From NCBI GenBank assembly GCA_043228905.1, contig JBHGNT010000006.1, forward strand, positions 992,001-1,056,000: a DNA stretch of 64,000 nt, written 5' to 3'. Shown here one piece after another: positions 61,246 to 64,000 of this stretch (its first letter is position 1; every line of letters starts with the position of its first letter). A program made the translations under genes and the position numbers. The notes under the pieces were generated by a model. The model ran no database searches. It was not told the origin of the DNA and saw only the letters and a list, made by a program, of their open reading frames with translations. This DNA is from Azolla caroliniana. Its lineage: Eukaryota > Plantae > Polypodiophyta.

Positions 61246-64000
61246 TTGCACCATGTACACTTGTTCCTCAAGGTCACCTTGCAGGAACGCATTCTTTACA
61301 TCCATTTGATGTAAGTGCCACCCCTTGGCCGCGGCTACTCCGAGCAAAACACGAACGGTCGTCATTTTTGCGACCGGCGCAAACGTCTCATCGTAGTCGA
61401 TGCCGTGTTTCTCGGTGTAGCCCTTTGCCACTAGCCGAGCCTTGTATCGGTTGACCGAGCCATCGGTGTTGTACTTGACTTTGTACACCCATCTACACCC
61501 GATCGGCTTCACACCCTTCGGTGCGTCAACCAGGTCCCAGGTCTCGTTCTCCGCCAATGCGTGCATCTCTTCCTCCATCGCGGCGCGCCAATTCGCGTCT
61601 TTAGCCGCTTCTGCGTAACTCTTCGGCTCACGCACTTCCGCTACACGAGTCATGTACGCATAATGATGCGCCATGTACTCGTTGTATCCGAACCGCACAA
61701 CTGGGTTCTTCTGGCGAGTAGATCGGCGTAATCTCACATTAGCCGATGTCGAGTCCTTCTCGGTCGACGCGGTCTTCACCTTTAAAGACCCGTCACCGAT
61801 TCCCTCGGAGTCGGACTCGCGTCGGTCTGACTCGTTCCTTTCTGTGCCGGAATCCGACACTTTCTTCTTCCCTTTCTCTTTGCGTGTAAGCCGTCTCCTC
61901 GGATTCCTACGCGGGGAATGCACGGCCGAGTCTCCACTACTCGCCGGCTCTTCATCGGACTGGTCGTACCGACTCAGTCGTCCAATCGGTCCACTTAACC
62001 GGAGTGAAATCGGACTCTCTTCGCGGGTCTCGATTTCGGGCTCATCCGGAGGCATCTCGGCCTCGCTGACCGCATCGTCAGAGCTCGGATTGGAGTTGAG
62101 GTTCGTAGTCGGGGGCAGGTACCAGGACGCGGTCTCGTCAAACACAACGTCGCGGTTGACACACGCTTGTTTGGTGCGAGGGTTATAGCACTTATAACCC
62201 TTCTGCTCGTCTGAGTAACCGACCAAGATGCATTTCTCGGCCTTTGCGTCCAGCTTCCTCCTTTTCTCCTTCGGTACATGCACATACGCAATGCTACCGA
62301 ACACCCTCAAGTGTCGCAAGTTCGGCTTCGTTCCGAAATATAGCTCGTGCGCCGACACTTTGTCTCCGATCCGGTTCTGGATGTATACCGCGGTCCTTAC
62401 CGCCTCGGCCTAGTAGAACTTGGGCAAGCTCTTCTCCTCCAGCATTGCCCGTGCCGCTTCCACAATCGATCGATTCTTTCTCTCGGCCACGCTGTTCTGC
62501 TCCGATGTGTATCTACAACTGAATTCGCGCCGAATTCCCATTTGTTTCAGGTAACCGTTGAATTGACCGGAAAAGTACTCTTTCCCGCCATCCGACCGCA
62601 GACACTTGACCTTTCGTCCCGTTTCGGCTTCCACGAACCCTTTGAGGTCCCGGAAACAGTCGAAGACTTCGCTCTTCCTCTCAATGAGGTAGATCCATCT
62701 GTGCCGCGTGTGGTCGTCGATGAAGGAGACGAAATATCGGCTCCCGCCAAGACTAACATTTTGTGTCGAGCTTGTTCCGGCTCCGGTTTCGCTCGTTGGG
62801 GAAAGGAAGTCGGTGTTGCTTCCTGAGCTGGCAGGCTTCACAAATTTGTGCCTTTCGGCTACTAAACTTGGGCAATCCGAACACTACCTGTTTCGATTGC
62901 AAATCTTGAAGCCGCTGGTGGTTGACGAGGCCTATCCGCTTGTACCACAAGTCGATGTCCGACTCGGTCTTTTGTCCCTTCGCAAACATTGCGGTGCCGC
63001 CGTCAGTGGAGTCGAGGATGAACATCCTCCCGTATCTGCGCCCTTGCGCAATCACACAACCTTCTTCCTCAATGAAGCACCCAAGGTGTGTAAACCGAAC
63101 CTCCATCCCTTGGTCGACGATCTGTCTGACCGAGACCAAGTTCTTCGTGATTGTCGGAACGTGCAACTCGTTCTTGAGTTTCCCTTTCTGCCCGACATGG
63201 CTAAGGGGAACTTCTCCGACATTCGCGATCGGATGTGGAGTGTCGTCTCCTGTTGCGACTACTCCAGGTTGTATCAGTTTTTCAAGGTACGAGAACCACT
63301 CCTTATGGCTCGTCATGTGGTTTGACGCGCCGGAGTCTACGTACCACACCTCGTCCGATCTCGGGGTGCTCTGTTTCATTGAGTTTGCTTCGTGTCTCGT
63401 CACGAAGACAGACCCTTCTCCGGCTCTCCCGGAGTCTTCAGCGTAGTGCGATCGCTGCGGATTTCCCTTGTCGGTATGTCTAGAGCCGTTCCCGAAACCA
63501 GTTCTCTCTGAATCGGCGCGCTTCTTCCAGCACTCACTTTCCCTGTGGCCTTTCTTGCCACAGTACCAGCACTCCGTGATGGACTTCCCTTGCCGGTTCT
63601 CATCGCTTCGACTCCCCCTGTTTCCGGAGGGTCCGGAGTTGTTGTCGGCATCACTTCGGTGCCTTCTTCCTTGATCACGTCGGCTGCCTCCATTGCGCGC
63701 CGACTCGCCTCGTCCGCCACGACCACGGGGCCTTTCTCCCTTCGTGTACAACATCTTGCTGTCGGTGTGTGTGCTCGTCGACGCACCCGCGTGGTTCTCC
63801 TCTACCAGGAGCATCGACTGTAAGTCGAAAAAGGACGGCGTATTCTCCCGGGTACACACAGCCGTTCGGAACGCCCCGAACTTCGACGCCAAACCTCCGA
63901 GATAAATCTGGACCATCTCGCTCTCCTCGATGTTCACCTCTATGGAGGCGAGGGAGTCGTAGATATCCTTGATCTTCGAGGTATAGTCCACCACCGACAA

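Larger units (their letters stand above)
53468..64000 (-). mobile_element. Degenerate Ty1/Copia host element (3' LTR about 53853-53468, 5' end outside the window) carrying two nested insertions
   Basis: gag-pol pieces at 64000-62753, 62841-62410, 62358-61246 and 60491-59665. PPT GAGGGGGAG precedes TGTTGAG at 53853. The protein is related to the Copia at 5443-7263 (LGGLA..FGA.RTAV..RE..PSFF.LQSMLLVEENH). Confidence 0.9.

Overview
Repeat-rich eukaryotic DNA from a land plant. A seed-free lineage such as a moss, lycophyte or fern is my inference from the TE families, not proven. It holds three host genes: a single-ORF PWWP chromatin protein (18725-22783 +), a six-exon p23/HSP90 co-chaperone (28098-25386 -) and a three-exon Mediator subunit MED30 (37263-41561 +). 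Around them are three nested transposon stacks and one free-standing Copia. Stack 1 is a Sola-like DDD DNA transposon inside a Copia inside a chromovirus Gypsy. Stack 2 is a Copia plus a solo LTR inside a LINE. Stack 3 is an intact Copia and a Gypsy-type LTR inside another Copia. The most unusual object is the DNA transposon at <1-5442. It has an intact 917-aa transposase and a second, divergently oriented spliced gene that the ORF track misses, and that gene's intron is filled with a modular array of palindromes. Other oddities are a 144-codon open extension of a Copia pol between two polypurine tracts, tRNA-like A/B-box modules in Gypsy-type LTRs, and a (Asp-His)9 exon in p23.
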